Shown piece after piece: positions 1 to 8,712 of a DNA stretch of 12,111 nucleotides. Each line of letters begins with the position of its first letter. Position 1 is the stretch's first letter. The DNA is taken from contig JAKQQL010000339.1 of the NCBI GenBank assembly GCA_029564175.1, forward strand, positions 1 to 12,111. The letters are read 5' to 3'. Both the position numbers and the translations under genes were made by a program. Source of the stretch: Candidatus Cloacimonadota bacterium (GTDB lineage: Bacteria; Cloacimonadota; Cloacimonadia; Cloacimonadales; WRIO01). The notes beneath the pieces were generated by a model. The model saw nothing but the letters and a program-made list of their open reading frames with translations. It did not search any database and was not told the DNA's origin.

Positions 1-2340
1 ACTGAAACGGATTCAATACGATTCAATAGCACCGGTAGATGGAAAGGGATTAGACTTGAATCTCTGGATCAAACCAGTATTTTTAAACACTGTAGGATTG
101 ATAAAGTAGAAAATGGAATTAACCCAATTAATTCTCCAGTCAGTATTATCAAATGTCATGTCAATGATGCTACAGAAAACTGTGTCAGGATTTATGGTAT
201 TGGTGGTATGGCTCAAACCCTGATTAAGCAAACCAAGATCTCCGGCTCTTTGAAATCAGGGATCAATATCACTCAAAATTCTAATGTAGTAGTCGATAGT
301 TGTGATATTTACAATAATGGTTTGGGTACTCAGTTTTATGGCGGCATACATCTTCAGAATCAATCTGTAAATGGAGAATGTAATCCGCTTATTACCAATA
401 ACCGAATTCATCATAATTTAAAACAAGGAATTAACGCATGGGATGTTACCAGCGGTTCCAGAATAAATCCAACAGTCAGATATAACCTGATTGAGAATAA
501 CTTAACAGGCTTGAACTTGCGTCAAACTTCAGGACTTTTTGAATACAATATTGTCAGAAATAATTTCATAACAGGTAATGCCAATTCCGGTGCAGGCTTT
601 ATGATTGCTGGCGCTTCTTCCAGTCCAGTCATCAGACACAATCAGGTGACAGGTAATTATACCGCTTTTTACATTGGAGAAGGGGCTACTCCTAATTTAG
701 GTTCAGTAGAAGGTCCTGTCGAAAATATTGGTATGAATACCATTCAAAATAATATTGACGGAAGTGGTGTCTCCCATAGTATTTATATTTATAGTGGTGC
801 AGGTAATGTACTGGCACAGAATAATATATGGGATAGTACAGATCCTTCTGAAATAGATATTACGATTAATGATCAACTGGACAATCCGGCACTTGGTCTG
901 GTTACCTATCTCCCTGTGTATATGCCAACAAATCTCAGTGGTACAATTTCATACGAAGGTTCACTTTCCTTTTCTCATCTTTATCTGGTTTTGATAGATT
1001 ATCTTTCTTTTGATAATATTCAAATATTGCCTTTGTCAGGAGTCGGTCCTTATTCTGTAAATGTACCTGCTGGAAATTACTTCATTCAGGCTATTGGTTT
1101 AAATAGCCCCGATATGGAAGACGATCCTGTGGTTTTTGGCGTTTATAATGATATGATGATTCCTGCAATTGTTCAAATTCAGACAGGTCAGCTTACTGAT
1201 AACATTGATATCTTACTGGCAGATTATTCAGAAAATATGATAATGAAAATCCTTGATTCATTCACTCATGAGAATAATACGATCTTTGCAATGGGTATTT
1301 TTAATAACTGTAATTTAGAAGAAATTGTCCTTTTTAAAGAAGAAGGCAATTATATCTATATGACCGGAAACAGAGAATTCAATCCAGAAAGTGGTCAATG
1401 GGAAAACAATTTTACTGAATCTATTCCGGTGATAAAAAATCATGATGCTCAACTTGGCGATTTTTGGGGAGATGGTTATTTAGGTGTTAACTTTGGACCT
1501 GTATCAGTCCCTGTTACGGTTAATAATCAAACTTTATATCCAAATCGTTTTGCATATTATAATGATGATTATCTTCCTCAAAATCTGCTTTCAAAACAGT
1601 ATTTCTCAGATGGAATCGGCATCGTCCTGTACCGCGAATATGATAATGATGATCATTGTCTGTCTTATGAACGTCGTTTAATCTCTTACGATGTCAGTAA
1701 TGGAGGAAGCGGTTTGTTTCCTCTGGCGATCGGGAATGAATGGATATTAGAACCAACAGAAATGCCTGATTATCCAAGTTTTCTGAGTGTAATCCCTGAT
1801 ACCAGCGGATCATTTTATTTATACTGGGACGCACCCGAGGCAAATGAGTGGGTAGGTTATCGTGTTTACAGAGATAATCAATTATTTGCTCAGTCAGGCA
1901 ATATGGATTGTTCAATGACTTATTTTACTTTGGATGATGATTATACGAATCATTCCTGGTATGTAACTGCTTATGGAAATAATGGAGAGTCAGATCCGTC
2001 AAATGTAATTCAGGCAACAGACTCTGAACCTCCACTTGTTACAATTAATAAAACAAGTATCACTCATTACCCAAATCCAATAAACTACAACAGAAAATCT
2101 CTGGTTTCTTTCAATATTAATTTGCCTGAAGAAAGTGACATCGATCTCAATATATATAATGTTAAAGGTCAAAAGGTGGCTCATGTCTCAAGAGGACACT
2201 TTAGCAAAGGACAACATAAAGTTAACTGGAATGCCTTAAATCATCAAAATAAGCAATTAGCAAATGGAGTTTATTTTTATCAGTTGAGGACCAAAAAAGA
2301 GACGATAACCCGTAAGATACTGATTTTAAAACAGAACTGA
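1..2340 (+). CDS. Large secreted multidomain protein, 5'-truncated: right-handed parallel beta-helix, Ig/carboxypeptidase-regulatory-like domain, FN3, C-terminal FlgD-Ig/T9SS-type sorting domain
   Basis: Frame 1 has no stop from base 1 (TETDSIRFNSTGRWKGIRL...) to the ATG at 208, so the real start lies upstream of the window. Asn/Gly-rich PbH repeats (NNRIHHN..GIN, YNLIENNLTGL, AQNNIW). FN3 motif LYWDAP..GYRVYRD..WYVTAY..GESDPSN (~1765-2020). C-terminal YPNP..IYNVKGQKV..WNA..LANGVYFYQL. Confidence 0.85.
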   Translation, partial: TETDSIRFNSTGRWKGIRLESLDQTSIFKHCRIDKVENGINPINSPVSIIKCHVNDATENCVRIYGIGGMAQTLIKQTKISGSLKSGINITQNSNVVVDSCDIYNNGLGTQFYGGIHLQNQSVNGECNPLITNNRIHHNLKQGINAWDVTSGSRINPTVRYNLIENNLTGLNLRQTSGLFEYNIVRNNFITGNANSGAGFMIAGASSSPVIRHNQVTGNYTAFYIGEGATPNLGSVEGPVENIGMNTIQNNIDGSGVSHSIYIYSGAGNVLAQNNIWDSTDPSEIDITINDQLDNPALGLVTYLPVYMPTNLSGTISYEGSLSFSHLYLVLIDYLSFDNIQILPLSGVGPYSVNVPAGNYFIQAIGLNSPDMEDDPVVFGVYNDMMIPAIVQIQTGQLTDNIDILLADYSENMIMKILDSFTHENNTIFAMGIFNNCNLEEIVLFKEEGNYIYMTGNREFNPESGQWENNFTESIPVIKNHDAQLGDFWGDGYLGVNFGPVSVPVTVNNQTLYPNRFAYYNDDYLPQNLLSKQYFSDGIGIVLYREYDNDDHCLSYERRLISYDVSNGGSGLFPLAIGNEWILEPTEMPDYPSFLSVIPDTSGSFYLYWDAPEANEWVGYRVYRDNQLFAQSGNMDCSMTYFTLDDDYTNHSWYVTAYGNNGESDPSNVIQATDSEPPLVTINKTSITHYPNPINYNRKSLVSFNINLPEESDIDLNIYNVKGQKVAHVSRGHFSKGQHKVNWNALNHQNKQLANGVYFYQLRTKKETITRKILILKQN

Positions 2341-2351
2341 TTTTAAGTAAG

Positions 2352-2398
2352 CTGGTAGCTGAGAGAATTGGATGATATTCCGTTTACTTAGCTACCAG
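2352..2398 (+). terminator. Intergenic stem-loop (possible terminator or mRNA stabiliser)
   Basis: CTGGTAGCTGAG (2352-2363) pairs with CTTAGCTACCAG (2387-2398) with one G-U pair. It starts 11 nt after the stop codon and is followed only by a weak TATTT tail. Confidence 0.5.
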
Positions 2399-2442
2399 TA
2401 TTTGCATTATTCAAGAGTGAAGATAATTGAACAGGAGTATGT

Positions 2443-2844
2443 ATGCCTCATATCATCAAACCAGAATTGACATTCAGTAAAAGACAAATACCCAATGGAG
2501 TTAAAATTGCACTCCTGATAGCAGTGGTAATGGGTATCTGGTTAAGATCTTGCTGGAAAGATTATCAGAAAGAGAATATTGTGTTTGAAAATATTCATTT
2601 AGAAAATTCTACTCCGGTAAGTGTTGATGTTCTTTTTACGATTAATAATCAAACGGTAAAAGCGGGAAGACACCGGATTTTTATTCAGGTTTTTACTTCA
2701 AAGAATGATGTCATTACACAGAAAATGACTTTCGTTGAAATCAAGGCGAAATCAAAGGATCAATATATAAAAGTGCTCGATAAATTTAAAAGACCACTGG
2801 AAGAAGGAGAAATACTTCAGAAAGCAATCATTACGCTGGAGTAA
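2443..2844 (+). CDS. Hypothetical protein with N-terminal membrane anchor and a small beta-rich (possibly Ig-like) domain
   Basis: 133-aa ORF with RBS AGGAG at 2433-2437 and one hydrophobic segment (VKIALLIAVVMGIWL). Confidence 0.75.
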   Translation: MPHIIKPELTFSKRQIPNGVKIALLIAVVMGIWLRSCWKDYQKENIVFENIHLENSTPVSVDVLFTINNQTVKAGRHRIFIQVFTSKNDVITQKMTFVEIKAKSKDQYIKVLDKFKRPLEEGEILQKAIITLE

Positions 2845-2861
2845 CCCAGAAAGGCTGAATT

Positions 2862-4538
2862 ATGAAAAAACTGAATTTGATGCTCTTGTGTCTGCTGTGT
2901 ATGACTTTGATATGGGGAAAAAACTACAAGGCTGATCTGTTTCAGGCTTATTACAGTATTAATCCGAATAATCAGATTGAAGTATCTGAACGTCTGTACT
3001 TTCATTTTGAAAAAGGGACATTTTCGTGGGTGGAGCGGAGTTTATCTTCAAAATATATTGATAAACTCAAAGTACTGAGTGCTGATATTGACTCGGTAAA
3101 TGTTCCTGCAGGAATTGGCACTCAGCGGATACAAATTACCGATAATCAGGTTAAATGGACATTTCATAAGATAAAAAATACTCGTAAACACTTTGGATTG
3201 AATTACTTAGTTGAAGGAGTTATCTTTCAGGAAAATGATGAAGACATTTTTCAATATACGCTTTTACCCGCTAAACATCTCTATGAGATTGACTCTCTTG
3301 ATATCAGAATTGACTTTTCTCAATTTAAAGGCAATCTGACAGCTCATCAGCTCCTTTCCGGTAAAGCAATTGTCTCTCTGAATGACTCGATGGTTTGGGT
3401 CAGAAATAAAGAGAAACTAAAGAAAAATGAGACAGTTCAGCTTCAGCTTCGCTTTCATAAAGGTACACTGATTTCTGAAAATCCGAAATGGTATCAGCTC
3501 AAACAAAAAGCGAGACGCTTATTGCTGGTTTACGGATTGATTTCTTTACTCTTATTGGGCATCGCCACTTATTATGCTTTTGCTGTTTACCGAAAATACA
3601 ATGTTCGTTTCAAACCCAATCCGCGTGATCTGAATCGTTTGACTGAATGTCCTGATAATCAGACAGCCATTGAATCGGCGTACCTGCTCAGCCAGAGTAT
3701 TCCTGAGTATCATTATCTGCATTATATAACCGCGACTCTGCTGGATATGCTTAAAAATAATAAATTGACCTGTACTTTGCAAAATGATAAAAAGCATAGC
3801 TATTTTGAGTTAAATGGGATTGAATCAAACATCCCTTTGAATGATTATGAAAAGATGATATTTGATGCAGTTTTTCATAAACAAAAGAATGGTTTTAGCT
3901 GTGAGCTAAAGAAAGCAATCAACCATGCCAATTTGAAATCTGATCGTTTAGTAAAACAAATACGAAATAATCTGATTCAGGAAGATTTGATATCTTCTTT
4001 TTTGGCAAAACAACGTAAGAAAATAACAATTACAGGCAGTATAATCAGTATTATGGGCGTTATTAGTATTCTGCCATTGGTGTTGTTCTTTGACATTCTC
4101 AGTATTTCTGCCTTATTGTTGGTGTTTGCACTTATCGTATGCGGGATAATTGTGATTATTGGCGGACAAAGTATTTCTCCGCTAACACCTCAGGGTATTC
4201 AGCTGAGTCAGTACATTTATTATCATAAGCGCCATATAGAAGATTTACTTGAGAAAGACTATAGTGCAGAAATTCATGAATATATGTTAAGCCAGATCCC
4301 TTATTTGTTTGCCTATAATTTACAATCCCGCTGGTTTATGAAAATGAAAAAGGGAGAATATGATATACCTGAATGGTTAAAAATCTCTGAGACTTGTTCC
4401 AGAGAAAATACACAAAATTGCTTCAATGCGCTGATGACAACCTTTCTGGTTTATTCAGAATCTTCAACCAGTGCCAGAAATGATGGTCATTCCGTACATT
4501 CAGGGATAGCTGGTGGCGGTTCGAGCTCTGCCGGATGA
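2862..4538 (+). CDS. DUF2207-family predicted membrane protein
   Basis: Signal peptide, N-terminal extracytoplasmic domain (IEVSERLYFHF..GTFS..R; LNYLVEG), a TM at ~aa 220-243, ITATLLDM motif, two more TMs, LTPQG and PYLFAYNL motifs, and a Gly/Ser-rich tail (GGGSSSAG). Confidence 0.85.
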   Translation: MKKLNLMLLCLLCMTLIWGKNYKADLFQAYYSINPNNQIEVSERLYFHFEKGTFSWVERSLSSKYIDKLKVLSADIDSVNVPAGIGTQRIQITDNQVKWTFHKIKNTRKHFGLNYLVEGVIFQENDEDIFQYTLLPAKHLYEIDSLDIRIDFSQFKGNLTAHQLLSGKAIVSLNDSMVWVRNKEKLKKNETVQLQLRFHKGTLISENPKWYQLKQKARRLLLVYGLISLLLLGIATYYAFAVYRKYNVRFKPNPRDLNRLTECPDNQTAIESAYLLSQSIPEYHYLHYITATLLDMLKNNKLTCTLQNDKKHSYFELNGIESNIPLNDYEKMIFDAVFHKQKNGFSCELKKAINHANLKSDRLVKQIRNNLIQEDLISSFLAKQRKKITITGSIISIMGVISILPLVLFFDILSISALLLVFALIVCGIIVIIGGQSISPLTPQGIQLSQYIYYHKRHIEDLLEKDYSAEIHEYMLSQIPYLFAYNLQSRWFMKMKKGEYDIPEWLKISETCSRENTQNCFNALMTTFLVYSESSTSARNDGHSVHSGIAGGGSSSAG

Positions 4539-4542
4539 AACA

Positions 4543-4648
4543 GTACTGCAAGCATCTTGCTTGCAGAAAAAAAGCGACAAGCAGGAAAATCTCGTACTGC
4601 AAGCATCTTGCTTGCAGAAAAAAGTGACAAGCAGGATGCTTGTAGTAT
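4543..4648. repeat. REP/REPIN-like palindromic repeat cluster (two tandem units, 51-bp period)
   Basis: GTACTGCAAGCATCTTGCTTGCAG occurs exactly at 4543-4566 and 4594-4617 (hairpin CTGCAAGCA-TCT-TGCTTGCAG). Each copy is followed by A6-7 G(C/T)GACAAGCAGGA. The second continues as an inverted copy, CAAGCAGGATGCTTGTAGTA (4628-4647). Confidence 0.85.
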
Positions 4649-4669
4649 GAAAAATTAAAGGAGGGAAAA

Positions 4670-5059
4670 ATGTTATTTATCCTTTTAATATCAACCTTTA
4701 GTGTTGGATTTATCGTTGCCCTGATCGTAACGCTGTTTTTTAAGAAGCCAATTGCGAAGATATTAAAACGGCTAATCGATGATGATATATACGAATCCTG
4801 GGTAAAATACATGATTTTTGCCATTTATGTTGTCAGTATTTCTTCTGGTGTCAATTTATGGAAAATAGAACGATATATCTATCCATTAGACAAAGATAAT
4901 CCTGTCTATGAGATTACTTCATCAGCACTTGGTTTTGAAGTTTACCGCTCAGCAATCAATTCACTTACCAGTTTAGCCTGGCTTCTACTGGTTTTTTACA
5001 TTATTGCATTGATCACTTTTGTAATCAAAAAACTCTTTGAAAACAGAAAATCAGAATAA
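4670..5059 (+). CDS. Conserved hypothetical membrane protein (3 TM)
   Basis: 129-aa ORF with strong RBS AAGGAGG (4658-4664) and three hydrophobic helices. Confidence 0.8.
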   Translation: MLFILLISTFSVGFIVALIVTLFFKKPIAKILKRLIDDDIYESWVKYMIFAIYVVSISSGVNLWKIERYIYPLDKDNPVYEITSSALGFEVYRSAINSLTSLAWLLLVFYIIALITFVIKKLFENRKSE

Positions 5060-5068
5060 GGAGTTATA

Positions 5069-5671
5069 ATGAAAATCATAGATACACGTGGCGAAATATG
5101 CCCAAAACCGATTATAATGACCAAAAAACAATTATCTGATATCAGAGTAAATGAAGCCTTTCAAATCCTGTCCGATAATGAGACTTCTATGAATAATCTG
5201 CTTCGTTTTCTTAATGATAATCATTTTGAGGCAGAAGTTATGCACACAGAAGGTTACTATACCATTAACTGTACTAAAAAAGCGATTGAACTACTTCAGC
5301 CAGAATCTGGAATTTATTGTAAAATTCCTGAAAAAAATGATTACATTATTGTTTTTAAGTCTGATAAGATGGGTGTTGGTGAAGATGAACTGGGTTCAAT
5401 ATTGATTAAGGGATTTACCAACACGATTACAGAGCTTGAGACAAAGCCAAAAGTTATGATTTTCTATAACAGTGGAGTTCTCTTGACTATTAAATCTTCT
5501 CCATTAGCTGAATCGTTAATTAAACTACAGAATGAAGGTGTAAAAATTATGGTCTGTGGGACATGTGCGGATTACTTTCATGTGAAATCGGAGATTGAAT
5601 TAGGAACAATTTCTAATATGTATGCAATTTGTGAATGCCTGAACAGTTATCAGCATATTATTTATCCATAA
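5069..5671 (+). CDS. yedF: Sulfurtransferase-like selenium metabolism protein YedF (TusA/SirA domain + DsrE-like domain)
   Basis: N-terminal IDTRGEICPKPII (TusA CPxP motif). C-terminal MGVGEDELGSILIKGF..FYNSGV..CGTCADYF..GTISNMY. RBS TAAGGAG overlaps the upstream stop codon. Confidence 0.88.
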   Translation: MKIIDTRGEICPKPIIMTKKQLSDIRVNEAFQILSDNETSMNNLLRFLNDNHFEAEVMHTEGYYTINCTKKAIELLQPESGIYCKIPEKNDYIIVFKSDKMGVGEDELGSILIKGFTNTITELETKPKVMIFYNSGVLLTIKSSPLAESLIKLQNEGVKIMVCGTCADYFHVKSEIELGTISNMYAICECLNSYQHIIYP

Positions 5672-5680
5672 TGTTTTTTT
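5667..5680. repeat. 14-bp direct repeat, left copy (CATAATGTTTTTTT)
   Basis: Identical to 9911-9924. Overlaps the yedF stop codon. Confidence 0.5.
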
Positions 5681-5728
5681 ACAAAAAAAGTAGCCACAAT
5701 TTGCAGAAACTCTTTTTCATTTAATGTG

Positions 5729-8704
5729 TTAATTATCACCTTTAGTCATTAATTTTGTTGCGACCATTTCAGCAAGTTCTGCTCTTCTGAATGGCTTTTG
5801 TAGAAATCCGCCAACTCCTTGTTTCTTTAATGCTTTCATATCTTCTTCTTTAGCAAATCCTGAAGCAATGATTACAGGTACTGATTCACTAATCTCACGT
5901 ATATGGCGAAAAGTCTCTCTTCCTCCCATTACCGGCATAATCATATCAAGTATGATTAAATCTATTTTTCCCATGTTTTCTTTAAATATCAGAACTCCTT
6001 CTTCGCCATTTTCTGCTAATATAACCTGATAACCAAGTGAACTTAAAATGGCAGAGGCTGTAATTCGAATCAATTCTTCATCATCAATCAGTAATATCGT
6101 TCCCGTGCCATATATGGTTTCTTCATGTAAATCAGCAGGTCTCGAGATGTCTGATACAACTGGTAAATAGATATGAAAAACAGTCCCATTTCCTAATTCT
6201 GAATAAACTGTTATAGCACCACCGTGTTCCTGAACCATTCCATAAACCATTGCAAGTCCCAATCCTGTCCCTTTTCCCTGGTCTTTTGTTGTGAAGAATG
6301 GCTCAAAAACTCTTGAAAGTATTTCAGGAGGCATACCTATACCCGTATCTCTTACTGATATTTCTAGATAAGTCCCTGGTTTTATCTCAAAGGGAGATAA
6401 ATGACAATATTCTTCATCTAATTCAAGATTTTCAAGTGTAAAAATGAGACTGCCACCTTCAGGCATGGCGTGAGATGCATTGATCCCCATGTTTACAAGT
6501 GCATTTTGTAACAGAGAATCATCACCAATAATGGTATGCTGAGTCGTTCTGCTTTCCATACTAATGCTGATATTTTTATTAAGCGTGTGTTTTAAAAGAC
6601 TAATTGTATCAGAAACGATTTTCAGACAATCCACAGGGGTACTGGCTTTTATTCCTTTTCGTGAAAAAGTAAGTAATTTCTGAGTAAGGTCCCCTGCTCT
6701 TTTTGCAGCAGTAATAATGACATTGATAAAATCAAGCTGTTTTTCTTGTGGAAGACTACTCAACTTAAGCATTTCTGCTGAGCCCATTATTGCTGAAAGT
6801 ACATTGTTAAAATCATGAGCTACTCCACCAGCAAGCTGTCCTATTGCATCCATTTTTTGACTGTGTAACAGCTGCTCTGTTAACTTAGCCTGTTTTTCTT
6901 CAGCAAATTTTCTGGCACTTACATCCAGTAATATCCCCTGAAAATAAATGATGTTTCCCTGTTCATCCTTTTTGATCCAGGTTCTGTCATCTACCCAGTG
7001 AATATCTCCGTTTTTTCCAACTACCCGATACTCTTGGTTATATTCACTTAAGCCAATTTTTATATTTTTTTCAATCTCCTCATTCATTCTTTCAAGATCA
7101 TCATGATAGACAATATCGGCGAAAACAATTTTACCTTTCATGAAGTCTTCTGCTGAATATCCTAAGAGAGCAGATATATTTTCTGAGACAAATGCAACTG
7201 GCCAATTTTCTTCTGCTTTCCAGATTATCGCATAAGCTGGAGAATGATTAATTATAAAATTGACTTCTTCTAATCTTTTTAGTGTTTTTTGAACATCTGC
7301 TTCTGCTTCTTTTTTAGAAGTAATATCTATTGCGATTCCATCCCAAATGATATGTTTTTTGTCATCTATATTTGGAGTTGAATTGAGTAACAAACATTTT
7401 TTATGGCCTGATGCCGTTAAAAACCAAACTTCTGCATTAAAGGTCGAAGCTTTGTCAATCGCTTCTTTTTCTTTTCTCATAAAATTAGCGGTATCGTCCG
7501 AATCTACCATATGGTATAAATGAAAGGCATTTTCATATACTTTTTCTGGAGAAATTCCCAGTATTTTATCTACACCTGCGCTGATATATGTAAACTTTCT
7601 GACGTTATTTTCATCTCCTGAATCAATCTGATAAACAAATCCATCCACTAGATTATCACTAATATGTTTTATTTGCTCTCTGCTTTTAACAATTTCTAAA
7701 ACATTTTGTTTTAAATGCTGACTCAATTGATTTAACTCTAAAATGATACCTGGATTAAAATCAGTATTTAACTGGTTATTGGCTAATCCTTTTGCATAGT
7801 CAATCAGATGTTTTAGCGGGTTGGTTATTAATTTGATAAATAATACAGAAAATCCCAAAATAATGATACTGAGTATAGAAAAGATAAAAATTAAATCGCG
7901 ATGTAAAACATTTGTCAAACTGAATACAGAACCGGCTTTACTGTATGTAAATAAAAGAAAATCGTCGCTGTTTACTACAGGAAGTTTCTGAGAACCAAAA
8001 ATATAACCTTTAAATAATCCTGATGTATATTTTTTAGTGCTAATCTCTCTGATGTTTTGCATTTCCTGTTTATCAATAGTATCCACTAAACCTAATAATC
8101 TGTGCTGATATTGCAATGCAACATTGTTTACATGAGCAAGCCTTGCCAGATCATTATAAAAAGCACTGTTTTGATTTAGCACTATACCTGCATAAAAATT
8201 CATAATCTGCTGTCCAGACTTGTTGTTATAAACAGGAAAAACATAGGTTAGAATGATTTTCGTATTGTAATTAATTATTTTCCATTCAGGGTTGATTAAT
8301 GGTTCTATTCGTAATGTATTTTCAAATCTTTTATCAAAACCTGAAGAAGGTAGATAAGCAGAGACAGATGATTTTTCTGAATGTTTTATGATAAAAAATT
8401 CAAATTGATGTTTTTTACGATGATGATAAAGATAATTTTCTAATATTTGTTCATCGAGAGGTCTTTGCTCATTTTCTTTTGCTAGTCCTTCCAGGAAAAC
8501 TGCATTTTTAAAAAGTATTAGCTGCAAAGCCATTCGTGTCATGTCGTTTTTATTCTCTATAGCCTGGACTAATTCAGACTTTGTAGCAACATTTACCACA
8601 TTACTGATGAGCAAGAATACAGAAATAACTATAACAATCAAGGTAATTAGCAACAATCCGATAGTTAATACTGAAAAATGGATATTACGGGATTTTTGGC
8701 TCAT
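5729..8704 (-). CDS. Hybrid sensor histidine kinase/response regulator with LuxQ-like periplasmic domain (TM-periplasmic-TM-HAMP-PAS-PAS-HisKA-HATPase-REC)
   Basis: Two TMs (~aa 10-34, 271-290) flank a ~235-aa periplasmic region with [23 protein letters not shown], resembling LuxQ as I recall it. HAMP ([13 protein letters not shown]), two PAS domains, H-box [11 protein letters not shown] (H630), N/G1/F/G2 boxes ([29 protein letters not shown]), REC with DDE, D920 and KPF. Starts 8 nt after the luxP stop. Confidence 0.9.
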   Translation of the reverse strand: MSQKSRNIHFSVLTIGLLLITLIVIVISVFLLISNVVNVATKSELVQAIENKNDMTRMALQLILFKNAVFLEGLAKENEQRPLDEQILENYLYHHRKKHQFEFFIIKHSEKSSVSAYLPSSGFDKRFENTLRIEPLINPEWKIINYNTKIILTYVFPVYNNKSGQQIMNFYAGIVLNQNSAFYNDLARLAHVNNVALQYQHRLLGLVDTIDKQEMQNIREISTKKYTSGLFKGYIFGSQKLPVVNSDDFLLFTYSKAGSVFSLTNVLHRDLIFIFSILSIIILGFSVLFIKLITNPLKHLIDYAKGLANNQLNTDFNPGIILELNQLSQHLKQNVLEIVKSREQIKHISDNLVDGFVYQIDSGDENNVRKFTYISAGVDKILGISPEKVYENAFHLYHMVDSDDTANFMRKEKEAIDKASTFNAEVWFLTASGHKKCLLLNSTPNIDDKKHIIWDGIAIDITSKKEAEADVQKTLKRLEEVNFIINHSPAYAIIWKAEENWPVAFVSENISALLGYSAEDFMKGKIVFADIVYHDDLERMNEEIEKNIKIGLSEYNQEYRVVGKNGDIHWVDDRTWIKKDEQGNIIYFQGILLDVSARKFAEEKQAKLTEQLLHSQKMDAIGQLAGGVAHDFNNVLSAIMGSAEMLKLSSLPQEKQLDFINVIITAAKRAGDLTQKLLTFSRKGIKASTPVDCLKIVSDTISLLKHTLNKNISISMESRTTQHTIIGDDSLLQNALVNMGINASHAMPEGGSLIFTLENLELDEEYCHLSPFEIKPGTYLEISVRDTGIGMPPEILSRVFEPFFTTKDQGKGTGLGLAMVYGMVQEHGGAITVYSELGNGTVFHIYLPVVSDISRPADLHEETIYGTGTILLIDDEELIRITASAILSSLGYQVILAENGEEGVLIFKENMGKIDLIILDMIMPVMGGRETFRHIREISESVPVIIASGFAKEEDMKALKKQGVGGFLQKPFRRAELAEMVATKLMTKGDN

Positions 8705-8712
8705 AATAATAC

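Noticed and set aside
208..210. ATG at 208 as the start of the first CDS
   Set aside because: The frame is open back to base 1 with beta-helix-like sequence, and there is no signal peptide at 208. The true start is outside the window.
2402..2427. TTGCAT...GATAAT as a promoter for the 2443 gene
   Set aside because: The spacer is only 14 bp, so it is not supportable.
4536..4566. TGA stop followed by a hairpin, as a possible selenocysteine codon with SECIS (yedF is nearby)
   Set aside because: The Gly/Ser-rich tail is the normal DUF2207 C-terminus, the hairpin is explained by the repeated REP-like unit, and there is no redox motif context.
4543..4648. Repeat cluster as a mini CRISPR array
   Set aside because: Only two direct copies, the intervening sequences are nearly identical rather than unique spacers, an inverted copy is present, and there are no cas genes.
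4423..4824. 133-aa minus-strand ORF with repeated FFLQARCLQY
   Set aside because: It is antisense to two real genes, and the peptide repeat is simply the translation of the REP-like DNA repeat.
5674..5689. T7-AC-A7 inverted repeat between convergent yedF and the kinase gene as a terminator
   Set aside because: An A/T-only stem is too weak to call an intrinsic terminator.
5729..8704. Apparent GC difference between the periplasmic and kinase halves as proof of a recent fusion
   Set aside because: Only spot-checked by eye, and explainable by the Gly/Ala/Pro-rich composition of the kinase boxes.
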